DNA of 64,000 nt from Ancylonema sp. (taxonomy: Eukaryota), in contig JBFLGF010000026.1 of NCBI GenBank assembly GCA_050230475.1, forward strand, positions 1 through 64,000. Direction: 5' to 3'. Below are positions 13,091 through 26,037 of the stretch, piece by piece. The position numbers and the translations under genes are program-made. The notes under the pieces are model-generated. The model saw nothing but the letters and a program-made list of their open reading frames with translations, did no database searches and was not told where the DNA came from. The first letter of the stretch is position 1. Each line of letters opens with the position of its first letter.

Positions 13091-14069
13091 TATGGGATGC
13101 GTGCTGCGCATCCCGCGGCCCAGAGGGTTTGGGTGGGCTCCCCGATCCCTTGTTGAAAGGGAACGTCGGACTTCGGACGAAGCAATTTCTCGTTTTAACG
13201 GGAAATTGTTTGTGAACTCGGAGCGGCTGGCCACATGAGAGCGGCTGGCCGCCGCGCGGCTTGGACGGGGGGGCAATATTAGAGCTCCTCATACCGAGGT
13301 GCTGTTTCATATACCGAACTCTTTGACTGTTGACTAAGTGCAGCTTCGTTGCAGCTTCGGCAACGAAAAGCTAGTCGATCGAAAAGCTGGCAGGTGTCGT
13401 CGTCTGCTGGTCACTTGACGTGAGAGATTCCTGCCGCAACCGTCCATAGCATTTTCCCACACATATTTCCCCTGCATAAAAAAGCTGCCGTGTACTTCTG
13501 AGAATTTTGTGCTGTAGGAAAGAGAACGCTTCCATTTTTTTCGACGTGAGGGTACTGTGAATCTATTCTGAGTCAACTTGTCCACTGCCCCGAATACTCT
13601 CCGTGACCTACAAATTTCAGAGAAGCCAGTCTTTGCAAGCTCTTTCGTTTCTATCTAACATCCCCATCCTTGTGTGGAGGCGGCCCAGCGATCTCGCGAT
13701 AAGAAGCATAGTCACCTCTGTCACCTTTGTCCTGTTCCAATTTTTGCGGCTGGCCCACTTGCAACTCATGCCAGAGGCCAGCAAGAAGACGTTGAAGGCG
13801 GCGCTTTGTTGTTATCCACCGACGATTTCCATCTTCGGAACACAGGTACGCCTTTCTCCGATCAGACCAACTTTTACAACTGTGTGCAAGCTCGTGCTCT
13901 TATTGTCCGAAAGAGCATCATCAGGCATCAGGCATCTTGAGTCTGGATTTTAAGACGTAGCCTCCGGTGCGCATATGCAAGAAGCTCATCTCGTAAGGAT
14001 GTATCTGTAAAGTCTAGAACAAAATTCATGACACATGAAGAGACGTTTCTTTAGGACAAGCTAGAAATC

Positions 14070-14873
14070 TTGACAGCCACACATAAGGACGACAACGATC
14101 GCCTCGTTGGAGCCCTGTCATTCGTCCAGAATGCTTTACACGAAAAATGCGAGGAGGTAGAGTTGTGGAAAAACTACTCTTTGGACTTAGAGGATCGTCT
14201 AGCAAAACAAGAGAGAGGAGCCGCTGCAGATTTTGAGGAGTTGGAACTGAAGTTAGAGGCAAGGCACAGGATGGAGGCTAGTAAAGTAGAAGGACACGCG
14301 TCGATAGTGAGTGCATTGATGAACACTTTAGGGAGGCGATTGCGAGAAGCAGAACAAGTTATCGCATTCCACAGAGAGCGCGATGCAACTCGGGAGCAGC
14401 AATTGGAGGGTGCTCAAAAGGTGTGGGAGCGACAAGGTTTGGAATTGGAGTGCGTAGGGAAGGCCAAGTCCGAGTTGGAAGGTCGCTTAGCTCTCACGGA
14501 GTCGGTGCTACGCTCCACCAAATCGGAGTTGAAAACCAAAGACAACACCATAGTGGAGTTGGGAAAGCTCGCACGTTCGCTGGGTCTCAAAAACTCTCAA
14601 CTGCGCGATCAACATTGTGGGATGCAAGTAGCCGCCGAGGAGGTCGACGAACAAGGTGGTTTGAACGGCGTTTACTTGGCTCTACAAAGTCCATCTTCTA
14701 CGCACACGGCGTCCGGCGTCTTGGAGGTTTGGGAAGGAGAAGCAGAGGGGGGGGGGTCATATGACGAAGATAGCAATGAAGAAGAGGTCGAAGAAGAAAG
14801 TGATGATGATTTCGGGGAGGATAGCTTGGCGGCTGTGTCTAGTTCGAGTAGTGCGGGAACAGGTGAGAGGTGA
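14070..14873 (+). CDS. Hypothetical coiled-coil protein with acidic tail, probably part of a decayed transposon-associated region
   Basis: 267-codon ORF with E/L/K/R-rich heptad-like sequence, followed by DEDSNEEEVEEESDDD. No recognisable family; flanks contain broken ORFs. Confidence 0.35.
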   Translation: MTATHKDDNDRLVGALSFVQNALHEKCEEVELWKNYSLDLEDRLAKQERGAAADFEELELKLEARHRMEASKVEGHASIVSALMNTLGRRLREAEQVIAFHRERDATREQQLEGAQKVWERQGLELECVGKAKSELEGRLALTESVLRSTKSELKTKDNTIVELGKLARSLGLKNSQLRDQHCGMQVAAEEVDEQGGLNGVYLALQSPSSTHTASGVLEVWEGEAEGGGSYDEDSNEEEVEEESDDDFGEDSLAAVSSSSSAGTGER

Positions 14874-17273
14874 AGATAGTAGTTACAAAGTGGTTGTTCT
14901 TTGTGTGGGTGTAGATGTATGTACCTGTGCTCAGTCACATTGACCATCACAAATTTATTCACTTCACTTCTAGGTCGTGAGAAGACGATTTCCCAATTAT
15001 TTCTTCTCGTTTTTGGTTGGTAAAATATTCTTTTGAAAGTGAGACGGGCTCTCTGTAATATGTTTTTTTAGGCAACCTTCTGGTCTTTGAATGCAGAAGA
15101 AGTTTATTGGATGGATGAAGAGGATCAGCCCTATGTCCCAGTTGTTGAGACATAAGAGGAAGTGGTCATATGTAGATATTGGGATGAGATTGCGAGACAG
15201 TATGAGGAGGTGGTCGTGGCAAAGGAGAGGGATATGATGTGTGGCGAGAGCCACCGTGCCCTCCACCACTTTCAAAAAAGGCAGGACATTGGTATGGCGT
15301 GGGCTCCTTATGAACAAGCCATATGGCCCACACAACAAACGGTGGCACCAACCTCCAGCCTTTATTTATAGAAGAAGTCAAGTGCGCGTTGGTAAGTGCA
15401 AATTATATCACTATGGGTGTCTTTTGGTTTTCTTATACACCGATACTATTTCATTTATACTATGACAAATTTCGAAGCCCAAGGACTAATTAGTTTGTGA
15501 TTTGTGATTTTTTATCAAGCAACATATGAAAGTGGTTGTGATTCTGGTGTTGGTGCCATATGCATATGTAATGTCGTACACTATCCTCTTCTCTCTATCT
15601 GACAACAAAATCCGTTTTATGTGCACTTGTGTGTGATCAACAAAATGCTACACAAATATTGGACTCAGTATGTTTATAGAGGGCCTGACCCGTTTCCCTA
15701 TTTTGTGTGATTATGTAGCCACGTTGACTTCCCTTCCGACTATGGCGACAAAATTAAAATCATTCACTTCAGTTGTAGAAAAATGTTTTTCGTTGTTTGG
15801 TAAAAAAATTATGACCGTTTGTGATTATTGGGCTAGGCTTATGTCATGCTTTGTTTGGTCTAGACGAGTGAGGACGTGTTCCTATGAAAGTAGAGTTAGC
15901 AAGAATTCAAAGATGTCGAGTAGGAACCATAGTGCTTAAGAGAGGTAATCTCTAATGTTTGGAGTAAGAGAGGTATGTGGGTTCGTCATGTGAATTTGCA
16001 GGCTTAAATGGTAGTAGAAATCACATTAGCAGACATTGTGTGGGGCAGTCAAGAAGACACAACTAGTATTTTTGTCGTTTCTTGGCGAAGACGATTGTTT
16101 GTTCGGATGACCCGTAGTCCATTGAATCGATTTTTATTGCGAGGGTGAGAGGAGTTCGTTGTGGGTTGTCGGAGAGGGGAGAGTGAATCAAAGTTCAAGG
16201 AAGAACTATTGAGACGAAGGAAATCGTTCCCTCAAGTGAGCTCAAGAAAGGACCCTAGCTCAAACTGCATGTTCACATAATAATTTTACATGAAAGTCGT
16301 CAGAGTTGTTGATGGCGTGCCCTTTCTTGCGTGCGGTAGATCCGGAGATTAACAAGGCTACAAAACGTGCATATATGTTCTCAATGGTCTCCTCATCCTA
16401 TCACCTTCACCTACATGGCATTACTCGCCTGAGGGGAAGTTGACTAAGACCAAGTGATAAAAGTACACGACAAGATAGTGTCTAGAGTGACGAAATGAAA
16501 CTCGAGCATGTCTTGTTGGTCCGTCAAGGCATTTAGATAATTGATCGTGTTCTGTGTCTCGCCACTACATCCAAGTTAAAGAAGCCCACTTGGAGTTGAA
16601 GGGCGAGAACAAACATGTTCGTAATAAAAGAATCAACCTAGAGACACTAAGTTGAGTGTTCACATTCGACCACACCAAGGAACTTGTACCCTGGGTCTAC
16701 CATGTGCCCACTAATTGTAAACTGTTGGTCTATGTTATGAGTTCGCGCTAAACATTCAAAATCAACATTCAAGGTATTCTCCACCTCATGCCCACGCCCG
16801 CTTGGCGACTAGCCGGATTATCGACGCGCGTCCTTTGCTTTGTTTACTCCACTTTGCTATGTATGGTCTTCCAACTCCTGCTTCTTAAGTATATATTTAA
16901 TCCTAATGAATGGATGTGGCCAAGAAATAGTAATCTTGCAAAAGTTTCCCCCCTTTATAGTGAGACTTGTGTCCCTAGCGGCCGCCTGGCCCCTAGGGAG
17001 TATTCTGTTGTGTCCTTAGCCATGGCAGTCGTGCATTTAGCCACATCTCTTGTGTTCTTAGACGACTTTGAGTTGGTTATCCCACATTGTTCCTAGAGTC
17101 GGCTAGGGCCAACTTTCCTATATCTAGCCGATAGGAACGCCTCTAGAGCATCCCTATCAACTCATGTACTTGCATATGACTTGTAACGCGTTCACACCAC
17201 ATTAAATTGTGTTCCTCCTTTCGCAATCGCGAAAGGAAGTATACGAAAGGCTCTGGCCAGAGCAATCCATATA

Positions 17274-17743
17274 CCGTACCGGTCAGGTTTATAGCCCCCG
17301 AAAATAATTACCAGAGGAAATTAATTCAAAAAAATGTAAATTGGGGCCTCAAGTACCGGTACAATCGGCCAATATTTCGACCTGGGGCATTATCCAAAAT
17401 TCGTTTTTCCCGCCTGGGGCTTTATCCGGTGAGCCTACGAGCCCGGAGACGGGAGCTCCCTCAAGCTTGGAGCCCACATATTTGTCGGGAGGGGCTCATA
17501 TTACAGGCTAACAGCAGATACGAGAGGTTTTTAAGTATTAATTTAACAAGAGCAAACCCCTTTACCCTGATAATGGGGTGGGGCCTTATCTTCGCTGGGG
17601 CAACGAAAACAATTGCCGGAAATGGGGTGGGCCTAAGGGTGGGGCCTAAAAATTAACTGGTACGGGGCTGGGGCTAAGGGGTAGGGCTAACGTAAGCTAA
17701 ATATTTTTTCGAATCGGTGGGGCTATAAACCCGGCCGGTACGG
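17274..17743. mobile_element. CCGTA-ended TA-flanked MITE
   Basis: TIRs CCGTACCGGTCAGGTTTATAGCCCC / GGGGCTATAAACCCGGCCGGTACGG; TA at 17272-17273 and 17744-17745. Confidence 0.85.
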
Positions 17744-18850
17744 TAGGTTGCTTGCTATATATTGTTACAAATACCGCTTTTTTGGCATGCACGGAATCGG
17801 TGAACGTCGTTTTCTTTTTTCCCTTTTTTTCTTTTCATATTTGGGGGGGGGGGGGGTGGATCTTTTAATTAACGTACTTTTGCCGATTTACGTACGTATG
17901 TTAATATTACACGCTCGCTAGACGGAGAAAAGAAAATATTCGGTACACAAAAAGTAGATCTAATAAGACTTACTCTTGAAGAAGAAATTCCGGGTTGTTA
18001 ATTCAAGTTTTTTTCCGTTTCTACAAATTATTTGTTATCACAAACATACACGTCACCAATGCCACGTCACCATAGCAAACAAAAAAACAAAACATCCAAT
18101 CAGGAATTGCCACCTGACACATAACGACAAAAAATGCGGGAAAACCGTACAAAAGTCATCCGTTTCAAAGAGACCCTATGCATTAGGTCTTAAAAAAATA
18201 CCTAAGGAAGAAGCTCACCACTAGAACATTGCGTTTGATAGGTGTTGATATTGCCTTCAATCACACAACTCCATGTCGAAAGCCACACTTGGTCTCTATG
18301 AAGTCCACAACTTCGAAGGGTCACTAGGATTGGCCATGACCATGCAATGGCATCAACATAGAGTAGTCCCAAATCTTGTAGCTCGCCCTCCGGATAAATC
18401 TCACCACTTAGCAATGAGACATAAGCGATTGAGATAATAATCAAAAGAGCATAGCATCATGCACCCTCAACACTTGGTATTCAAGAAAGGAGGTAGGAAA
18501 TTAAATTTGTGAGAGACTTTTGTACATGAACATATTTGACTAATCAAATCACCCCATCCAAGCACCCCGCGTCCTCACCAACGCCACTTCTACGGAGAAT
18601 AGAATGTCGGGGTATGTTCCAGCTCTTCAAATGAAAATCACTAAACTTCCACTTTGTTTGCATAAATCCTTCCACACAAAAAAAAACTACTACACACAAA
18701 CACACACATTCCTAGGTAAAGAAGACTCTCATAGTCATTTGCATGTATACAATATGAACACTAAACATCCACGTTCCCAATCTACACCCAAATCTCCAGA
18801 GTTTCCAAATGGAGTCTCAGCCTCCTAGAGGCCATCTTATTTCCAAGGAA

Positions 18851-18911
18851 CCAAACTAATGAGGCCAAACTAATGAGGCCAAACTAATGAGGCCAAAGTA
18901 ATGAGGCCAAA
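18851..18911 (+). repeat. 14-bp tandem repeat (CCAAACTAATGAGG) x4+
   Basis: Read directly from the sequence. Confidence 0.9.
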
Positions 18912-19103
18912 ATATATGTGTACATCCTACACAAATACAAGCAAAGAGTCACACTATCCCAAAAAATGCGCTTCTCAATGGCTGGCCTCTCCCCACCAAT
19001 CATGCTTTTCCTTCCACCACTCCCGTGCCAAGCCACAAATTTACCGAATTTACCGTCATGTACCGACCGGAAATCCGTCGGTACTCATGGCTACACTAGT
19101 CAC

Positions 19104-22100
19104 CTAATATTTCTGGTCTCTGAAGTCGGGGATCCAACCAGTGGAAATTCCTTTGGACCCTATTTCGTATCCCTCGGCGGAAAACAAATCCCCCTCTATT
19201 GATTTGCCCCCTTTTTCGACCCTCCCAACAACTCCTGATCCAGACCCCGACCCCGACCCCTCAGGCCCCTCGAAATCCATAAGATTTGGGGTTTCTACGG
19301 GGGGCTTTGCACGCTTGGGAGCGAATGAGAAGAAGAATCGTTTTGATGACGTGGATCCGGATCGGGGTTGGGAGTCCTCTGATTGGTTGGTCAGCAGAGG
19401 AGGATGGGATGGGCTGCTAGTGGTTGGTTGGGGGGCAGGCTGGCCGGACCAGAGGGTTTTCACGCTGTCTGCCCCGTACCTTGCGATACCCGCACCCGCT
19501 TCGTAGGACCGGTGGAGAAGTACAGCTGTGTTGCTCTGGGGGGACGGCACAAGGGACAACAGAGAGTGAGGGGCGATATGAGTGGCAGGGTCACAACAGG
19601 GCCAGGTGCCTCTGGTAGTTGGTTGCACAGAGCTGCGGTTTCGGTGTGGAGGTGTGGTTCAAGGGTGATTTTTAGTGTTCGAAAGGGTCAGGTAGAGTAT
19701 GTCTTCCTGCCAAATTCTGATACCCACGATAATAAACCGTCCATGGTTTCATGGTCCTCTGACCATTCTTGGCAGCAGACAGCCGAGATCATGGGTATCG
19801 ATACACATGGTGGGATGCTGACTGTTTTAAAAAGGGGCAGGGATTGTTTTTTTCCCTGTATAAACAAATTGGGATTCGATATATATATGAGGTATAAAAA
19901 AATTGGGATTCAATATATATATGAGGTATAAAACAGTAGGATGTAGTGAAGGTGACTCCTTTCATGGTCCTGTGACCTGGACCTGGACCTGGACCTGGCT
20001 CACAGGACTGGCATCCAGATACTTGGTGGGAAGGCAACATCATCACCATCTTATGCTTCAGACTACATCACTCTTTTTTTTAGCCTCTGTGACATGAGGA
20101 CTCGTGTAGACTTCCCCCGCCATATTTTTTACCACAGTGGACGTGGCAACACCCGACGCCCCCAGCAGCAAGCCAAGTAGGAGGGCTCCTAGGAGGAAGG
20201 AAGACCCTGACAAGAGTGGAGAGGGAGGGAGGGAGGGAGGGCGGGAGAGTGAAATGAGGGACGGAAATCCACGTGTATTGCAGAGCCTCGAACCACGATA
20301 TGCTCACAAACTGATGGCACATAATTTTACAAATAGTAACCAGCGTTATTCCATGAATATTCCAATGTAGTAACCACCAATTTATTGAACCCACTTACTG
20401 TTCTGTAGTACCAGCGGACAGCAGTTTCCGAAATTCTTAGGTCATAAATGAAAGCTGGTCAGGGGAAAATCGTTCTATTGATACCCCTTACAGTGACACA
20501 TGGCTACAGAGACACAATTTGCGGACATTTTCCAACATTCTCTGTACAATTGTACCCCTCATACAGTCACAACCGGATATTGTTACAAATAATTCTAAAG
20601 TTTTCCATATCATCACAACAGGGTTAGCCTGTACAACTGCCTGAAAGAAAAATAGATATTAAATATATGGGTGAATAAGATATAGTAAGATGTAATAAGA
20701 TATAGCACGTGAATAAGATATACTAAAGTGTAATTAGACATAGAGGGTGAATAAGATACAGCAAAATATAATAAGAAATAGCAAATAAATATATCAAATA
20801 TATATATTTACCGGCTAGCCAGGAGCCTTCAGTGCCCGGTTTGATGTCTCCGCCTGCTGAGGGCGAGCACTGTTTCCTAAGTTTCACCGCACGGATCCTT
20901 CTGCTCCCCTTCTCTGACACGAGCAAGGAACAGTTTGTCGGACTGTACACCAGAGAGGAGAGGCTTGAGAAGGCAGCCGCTTGCCCCGACCCATCCTTGG
21001 GTTTGGCAACTGTGGTGCTGCCGGCGACCGTGAGCACCTCTCCTGCATGCACCAGTAACAGGCCAAGATTCAGTTTGCGAGATGCAGCACTTTCTCGAAT
21101 GAGGTGCCATTCATGTGAGCTCCCTCATCGGTGTTTCCTTTGCTTTACAACGTCCACACCAGTTCTTGTATCGTGTTTGCTGCTTTATGCTTCATCCTAG
21201 CAGAGGAAAAAAAATGAAAAATTCCGGCCTTCTTTGGAACAACGCCTTGCTTGGTACCGTGGGGGGCTATGGATGAAATGTATAGAAGTTACCGGACAGG
21301 CTGATCCGGCGGATAGCTGTCCGGTTATCCACCACGTAGGCGTACCCGTCCTCATCTGTAGCCAAACTAGTGGGCTCACAGAAAAGAGCCTGAATGCCCT
21401 TCCCGTCTTTGTTCCCGCAGATGCCCGGCAAGCCAGCCACTAACGAGACAACACCTGCGAAAACAGAAAGCAAGCGGAGGAGGTCGTGTGAGGAAGTGAA
21501 GGCTCGTTCGATAACCGGAACTCAGCGCACCTCTAACGGAGGGTTATTCGCCTTGAGGAAGCATTGGAACGAAAGGTGAGTTTTAGAGCATTGGCTTGGC
21601 TTTCCTAGCAAGAATGTCATTTACAACAGCGATTGACGCGGCGTTTACTTAGATGACACTTCAGTCTTCGGGCAGAAGTGGAAAGTATAAAAGGAGACCA
21701 AATTATACGTGTCTGAACGAGCCTACCTTCAGAGAAACGTAGTATGCAATGCTTTGAAGTATCAACCAGTAGCAGGCCACCGTCTGGAAGTGCGGCGACA
21801 TCGCTGTACGATTCAGGTAGCTTGCTCCCATCGTATATGGTGTAGACTTCATAGTCTTCTTCTGCACCCATTCACACCCCCAGCCAATGCCGTCAGCTTT
21901 ATCAGAATGTCTGGCGGCACTGCAAGTGACAAGAATATTAGCACACAGTCTTCCATCAACCGTCTCCACACAAACGACCGGACGCCCTTCAGTCGCTGTA
22001 CCGTCACAAGTTCTGCTGTGAATACTGTGGTCGCGGATATGAAAGGGCTTACGGGCTTTCAGACAGGAGAGACAGCAGGCGAAAGTTAGGGCTGCGCCAA

Positions 22101-22131
22101 TTACGGCGACCCACATTCCGCTGAACTTCAT
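19104..22131 (-). CDS. Plant NHL-repeat (beta-propeller) single-pass membrane protein, multi-exon
   Basis: Signal-peptide exon MKFSGMWVAVIGAALTFACCLSCLKA. Further exons EDYEVYTIYDGSKLP..LPDGGLLLVDT, VSLVAGLPG..DGKG..ALFCEPTSLATDEDGYAYVVD..AIRRIS and VLTVAG..DG...AAFS....VYSPTNCSLLVSEKGSRRIR. TM exon SSFLLGALLLGLLLGASGV (~20135-20208); last exon ends at 19104. GT-AG boundaries are visible. Confidence 0.85.
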
Positions 22132-22444
22132 CTGGTCCGCAGTTTCGCGCAGACCGGAAGGCGCGAAGTCGTAGAGGTGCAGACAATAATTGCGAACGTT
22201 CTCTGCAGCTAGTTACAACGTACAGCTAGTTTGCTAGTGAACAGCAGAGTTGAATGGTAAGCACGGACGAAAAAGTAAAGACAACATGTAGCCCACCCAA
22301 GTCCCCTCTCACAGTGAAAGTTGTATCAACCCACGCTCATTACAAATGTACCTGTACGGACTCTTCTTCCGAGGGTCAAAGAAAACTTTGTTCTATCTTG
22401 GTCTGACAAAGACGACTTTTGGCCAGAAGTTCTTCGCTCGTGGT

Positions 22445-22705
22445 TAGGGTGGCGGTCTACCCTTAACCCGGAAAACCATTAACCCGTAACCCTGCGGTAT
22501 TGACCCGCAAATAACCAGGGAACCAGAAACCGGGTTAAAAACCCGCAATAACCAAGAATAACCCTCGTACCCGAAAACACCCGGAATACCCTTGGGTACT
22601 TGAGGGTATATGAGAGTATTTGAGGGTATTTGAGGGTATTCCAGGGTACATCAGAGTAGATTATGGTAGGTTGTTCCGGGATTTTTTTGTCATATATAAC
22701 CTATA
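22445..22705. repeat. ACCC/GGGT-motif-rich MITE-like remnant
   Basis: Starts TAGGGTGG. Repeated AACCC/TACCC motifs switch to GAGGGTA repeats; no TSD found. Confidence 0.35.
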
Positions 22706-23617
22706 AATGAAGTTGTCCCCACTCCTGCTTTCACCCAACTCCTAGAGTAGTACTTAGTTCCTGCGAATGAAGATGTCGTGGAGGAAATGGTGAGGGCTTC
22801 TACTGCTGTGGTGGCCGGTGATGGATCTGACGGGTGACAATTAGGGCGGTAGGCGGCTGGGGGCTGGGGTATTTATTTGTTCGCGATAGAGTGGCAGCGG
22901 GCGGGAGCCTGCAGGGGCCCGTCAGTCTATAAATTGTTCGATAGAGCGATCGAGATTCGATTGGTGTAGCGAGGGATAGTTACTAGCCGTTTGACTTTTG
23001 GTTGCGGTTCAGTATAACGGGTGTTAGGCCACGGGACGTTCCAGCGAAACGTGGGACGTTCCAGCGACACGTGGTCGGGTCCGGCTCCCGGGTTGTGGGG
23101 TCATATAGTGCCATGCTGGCATGAATGTGATTGGTCGATTGTGATCGTTAGAGATTGCGACGTTGGGTAGGATAGGCTTGGACTAGATGCATCCGATCGG
23201 ACGCATGCGTACGGCGTAGAGTCTATTATAGCGTACGGAAAGTACAAGTGAGTCGGAAGTGTCTTGTTGAACTTTCGGACTATGTATTCTGATGCATGAG
23301 GAGTGCATACCAACTAAGCTTTGGCAAGAGCGGTAACGTGTCTGTTTTGTGATTACGTTGAGCTTTGACTATGGCGATGTTAAAGGCTTATCATTGAGCG
23401 GATGCTGAATATTGTAGCGGTGATCATTTGCTGCGTACGATAGTGCGTTCGACGCGTCCAGAGAATGCGTTAGATATCTTGCCCAGTACGTTTACTCTGG
23501 CGTAATGCTACGCTAGTAAAATTTTCAAAACTAGATTTTGAACCAAATTTTCAGCGCGTGGTTTAGTTCTGACAACCAAAGATGGTAATTTTCGGTTTGA
23601 CTTAAACCAGTACGTTC

Positions 23618-24187
23618 ATGTCTGGTTGGTCTCGTGATCAAAACCAACGCTTAGTTCGAAGAGAAGCAAGCGTATGGGGAAGTGGTGGTGAAAACAGTAG
23701 TGAGTCATCGCGCGATAGATTGCGATCGCGGTCACTATCAGCAGGACTGCAAGAGTTTGTTGACTCTCAGGGTGCGGCTGGATTGCGAGATCTTCAGCTT
23801 GTTTTGTACCAAGCCCCGAATCCTGCGCCACAAGCGCCTTTACTAGCTGGTTATTTTTGTTTCCGGCTGGTCGGGCTTGAGGGGGACTCAGAGATGAACA
23901 GTACGGTGGCTATGCAAAAATATTCGGGAGGGGGAGGTGTGGTGCAGCGGCACTTTATTCAGACGATGAAAGACAAGTGGGACGCTATAAAGAGGAACCC
24001 ACCGAAATTCTTGAGTGGGGAGTATGGACAACTTGAATTCCTGAAGGAGTCTGCCGCATATCTGGAAGGGGAGGCTCGGCTGGTACATGATGATTACCGA
24101 CAATCACTAGATCACACTGATCCTGATAACCCGAGTCGAGCTATCGCCATCGCAGTGGAGGTGGTGCGGGATATATACCGAGCATAA
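23618..24187 (+). pseudogene. gag-like N-terminal fragment of the gypsy element
   Basis: KYSG..FIQ..KW...AAYLEGEARL resembles the retrotransposon capsid N-terminus (LxGxA motif). It is followed by a stop and an acidic linker. Confidence 0.45.
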
Positions 24188-25033
24188 TATGGGCAGAAGG
24201 CCAGCTGGTGCAATCTGACCTCTACAGCTCCGAGGCTGAGGAAGGTCAGTTCGAGGATGCGGAGAGCGACACTTCTTTCGAGTGGGAGGAGGTGGAGGAG
24301 GGGAATATGGGGGGGGGTGAGAGTGAGGGAGTGGTGGAGTTAGAGTGGGAAGGGGAGGTGCAGAATCTGGCACCACTCACTCTGCTGGAGCAGATGGAGG
24401 AGCAGGCAGCCCGGGGGTGGGATATAGATGGGGAGATAGCTAGAGGGGTGGCGCTCGATGAGGCCAACCTCTTGCTGGAGGAGGAAATGGGTGGAAAAAG
24501 TCCGGGGTGGGCTGAGGAGGGGGTATGGGGGGGGTAATGGGGAAGCCTGGGAGAAATTCCAGGGCATGGCGGTCACAGAGTTGGGAGATAGCCCAAGGGA
24601 GGGTGGGCCAACCGCCCAACCGCGGCTGGTGGAGGGCCAACCGCGGGTGGGACCCCAACCGCAGCAGAGGCTGGGACTGGGGGTGGAGGGGGAGATTCAG
24701 AACTGGGGGAAGCACACGAGGGTGGTGCAACCTGACCCTAGGGTGATGGTAGGGGGGGTGGCTGTGAAAGGCACACGACAAAGCCAGCCCCCACCGCGGT
24801 TGGGGGAGCTGACTAGAGCCCCGAGTGAGGCAGATCTGCAAGTGGTAGAAGTGCAGCGGGCGGATGCAGCACGTCGAGCGGCGGCAGCTTTGAGGCTGTT
24901 GAAGGCGAGAGAGAGCTTGCTGGGAAAAGAAAAAATACAAAGATCCTGGAAGTGGGTGGGGGCAGCAGTGAGAGGTGCAGCACCATTTAACACCAGGGTA
25001 GTGAGTCTGAGGGAGGAGGCAGCGGAGGAGGGA

Positions 25034-26037
25034 GTGCATATTGTCGAGTTTTTTAGTGGCATCGGTTTGAGCGCCACAAGAGCAGCCTTGGCGGCAGGAT
25101 TGAGGGTGCGGCTGGTGTCATGCGCCGAGAGGGACCCCATCTCTAACAAGATCAACGAGGGGGTGATCGAAAAGCTAATCCTCGAGTACCCTGCCAGATC
25201 AACAGGGGGGCTTTTATTGGCTGGGAGAAAAGGCTGCCACAAGATGTGGGGCTGATTGGAGAGATGGCGCTGGTTAACCTGATTGCGCACAACGGGGAGG
25301 TGGATATAGTGGGAGCTGGCTGGGAGTGCCAGAGCATAACCCGGGGGGGGAGGCAGGAGGGGTATGCAGACAGGAGGTTTCAATACTTCTACAACTTGGT
25401 GCGCATCCTGGGGTGGCTGCAGCACCATCAGGAGAGATCGCCAGTCTACTTCTTGGAGAACACCTACCCGGGGGAGTTGGCCAAAATGCCTGAGTCGGTG
25501 CAAAAGACTGCACGGCTGATAGAGTCCTTCATTGGGCTGGGGGTGGTTTTTGACGCGGGAGGGTTGAGAGCAGCCAGCCATCGGCTGCGCTATTTCTAGA
25601 CGAACGCCATGGATCGGGATGAGCTGCAGGAGGCAGTCCCACAGGATCTGCACCCAAGCCCACAATTGAGGGAGATCTTGAGGGAGTATCACATACCCAA
25701 GGCACGTGCTTTCACCGATTTCCCGCCTCAGGTCGTAAGGAATTTCCGGGGAGGGGAGAGGATCCTAATGCCGACAATCTTCAGCTTTCAAGGGAGCTAT
25801 GCCTTCAGAACTCAAGAGGATGGGAGCCCAGGGGAAGGGCAAGTGTACAACACCAACACCCACAGGTGGGAGGAGCCAGATGTGGGCGAGAAAGAGCAGC
25901 TGCTGGGGTTCCCGGAGGGGACCACTCGGGCGGAGGGGGTTTCCGCGAAACAACGAGCGGAGAGGCTGGGAAAGTGCATGGAGGGCAACACCATGAGGTG
26001 GCTGGGGGCTCTGTGGGGAGCCAGCATGAGCAACTAG
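25034..26037 (+). pseudogene. DNMT3-like C5 cytosine DNA methyltransferase domain (one frameshift at ~25193, TAG at 25597-25599)
   Basis: Motif I VEFFSGIG (FxGxG at 25052-25066); motif II AERD; motif III QDV; motif IV VDIVGAGWECQS (Cys 25327-25329); motif VI YFLENT; motif VIII DAGGLRAASHRLRYF(W)TN, like DNMT3 DA...AAHRARYFWGN; motifs IX-X EKEQLLGFPEGTT....SAKQRAERLGKCM, like EMERVFGFP..YT...SRLARQRLLGRSW. Confidence 0.9.

Noticed and set aside
12535..13310. Overlapping Arg/Pro/Gly-rich ORFs
   Set aside because: They arise from GC-rich subterminal repeat motifs and show no protein family signal.
23582..23600. TGGTAATTTTCGG as the gypsy primer-binding site
   Set aside because: It begins with TGG, but I cannot match it to a tRNA 3' end, and it is not directly adjacent to a proven LTR end.
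24697..25692. 331-codon minus-strand ORF opposite the DNMT
   Set aside because: Antisense shadow of GC-rich coding sequence with no motifs.
25034..26037. Host DNMT3/DRM gene or bacterial restriction-modification methylase
   Set aside because: It is intronless, embedded co-linearly between gag-like and pol sequence, and decayed like the rest of the element. The motif order is not permuted as in DRM, and no endonuclease partner is present.
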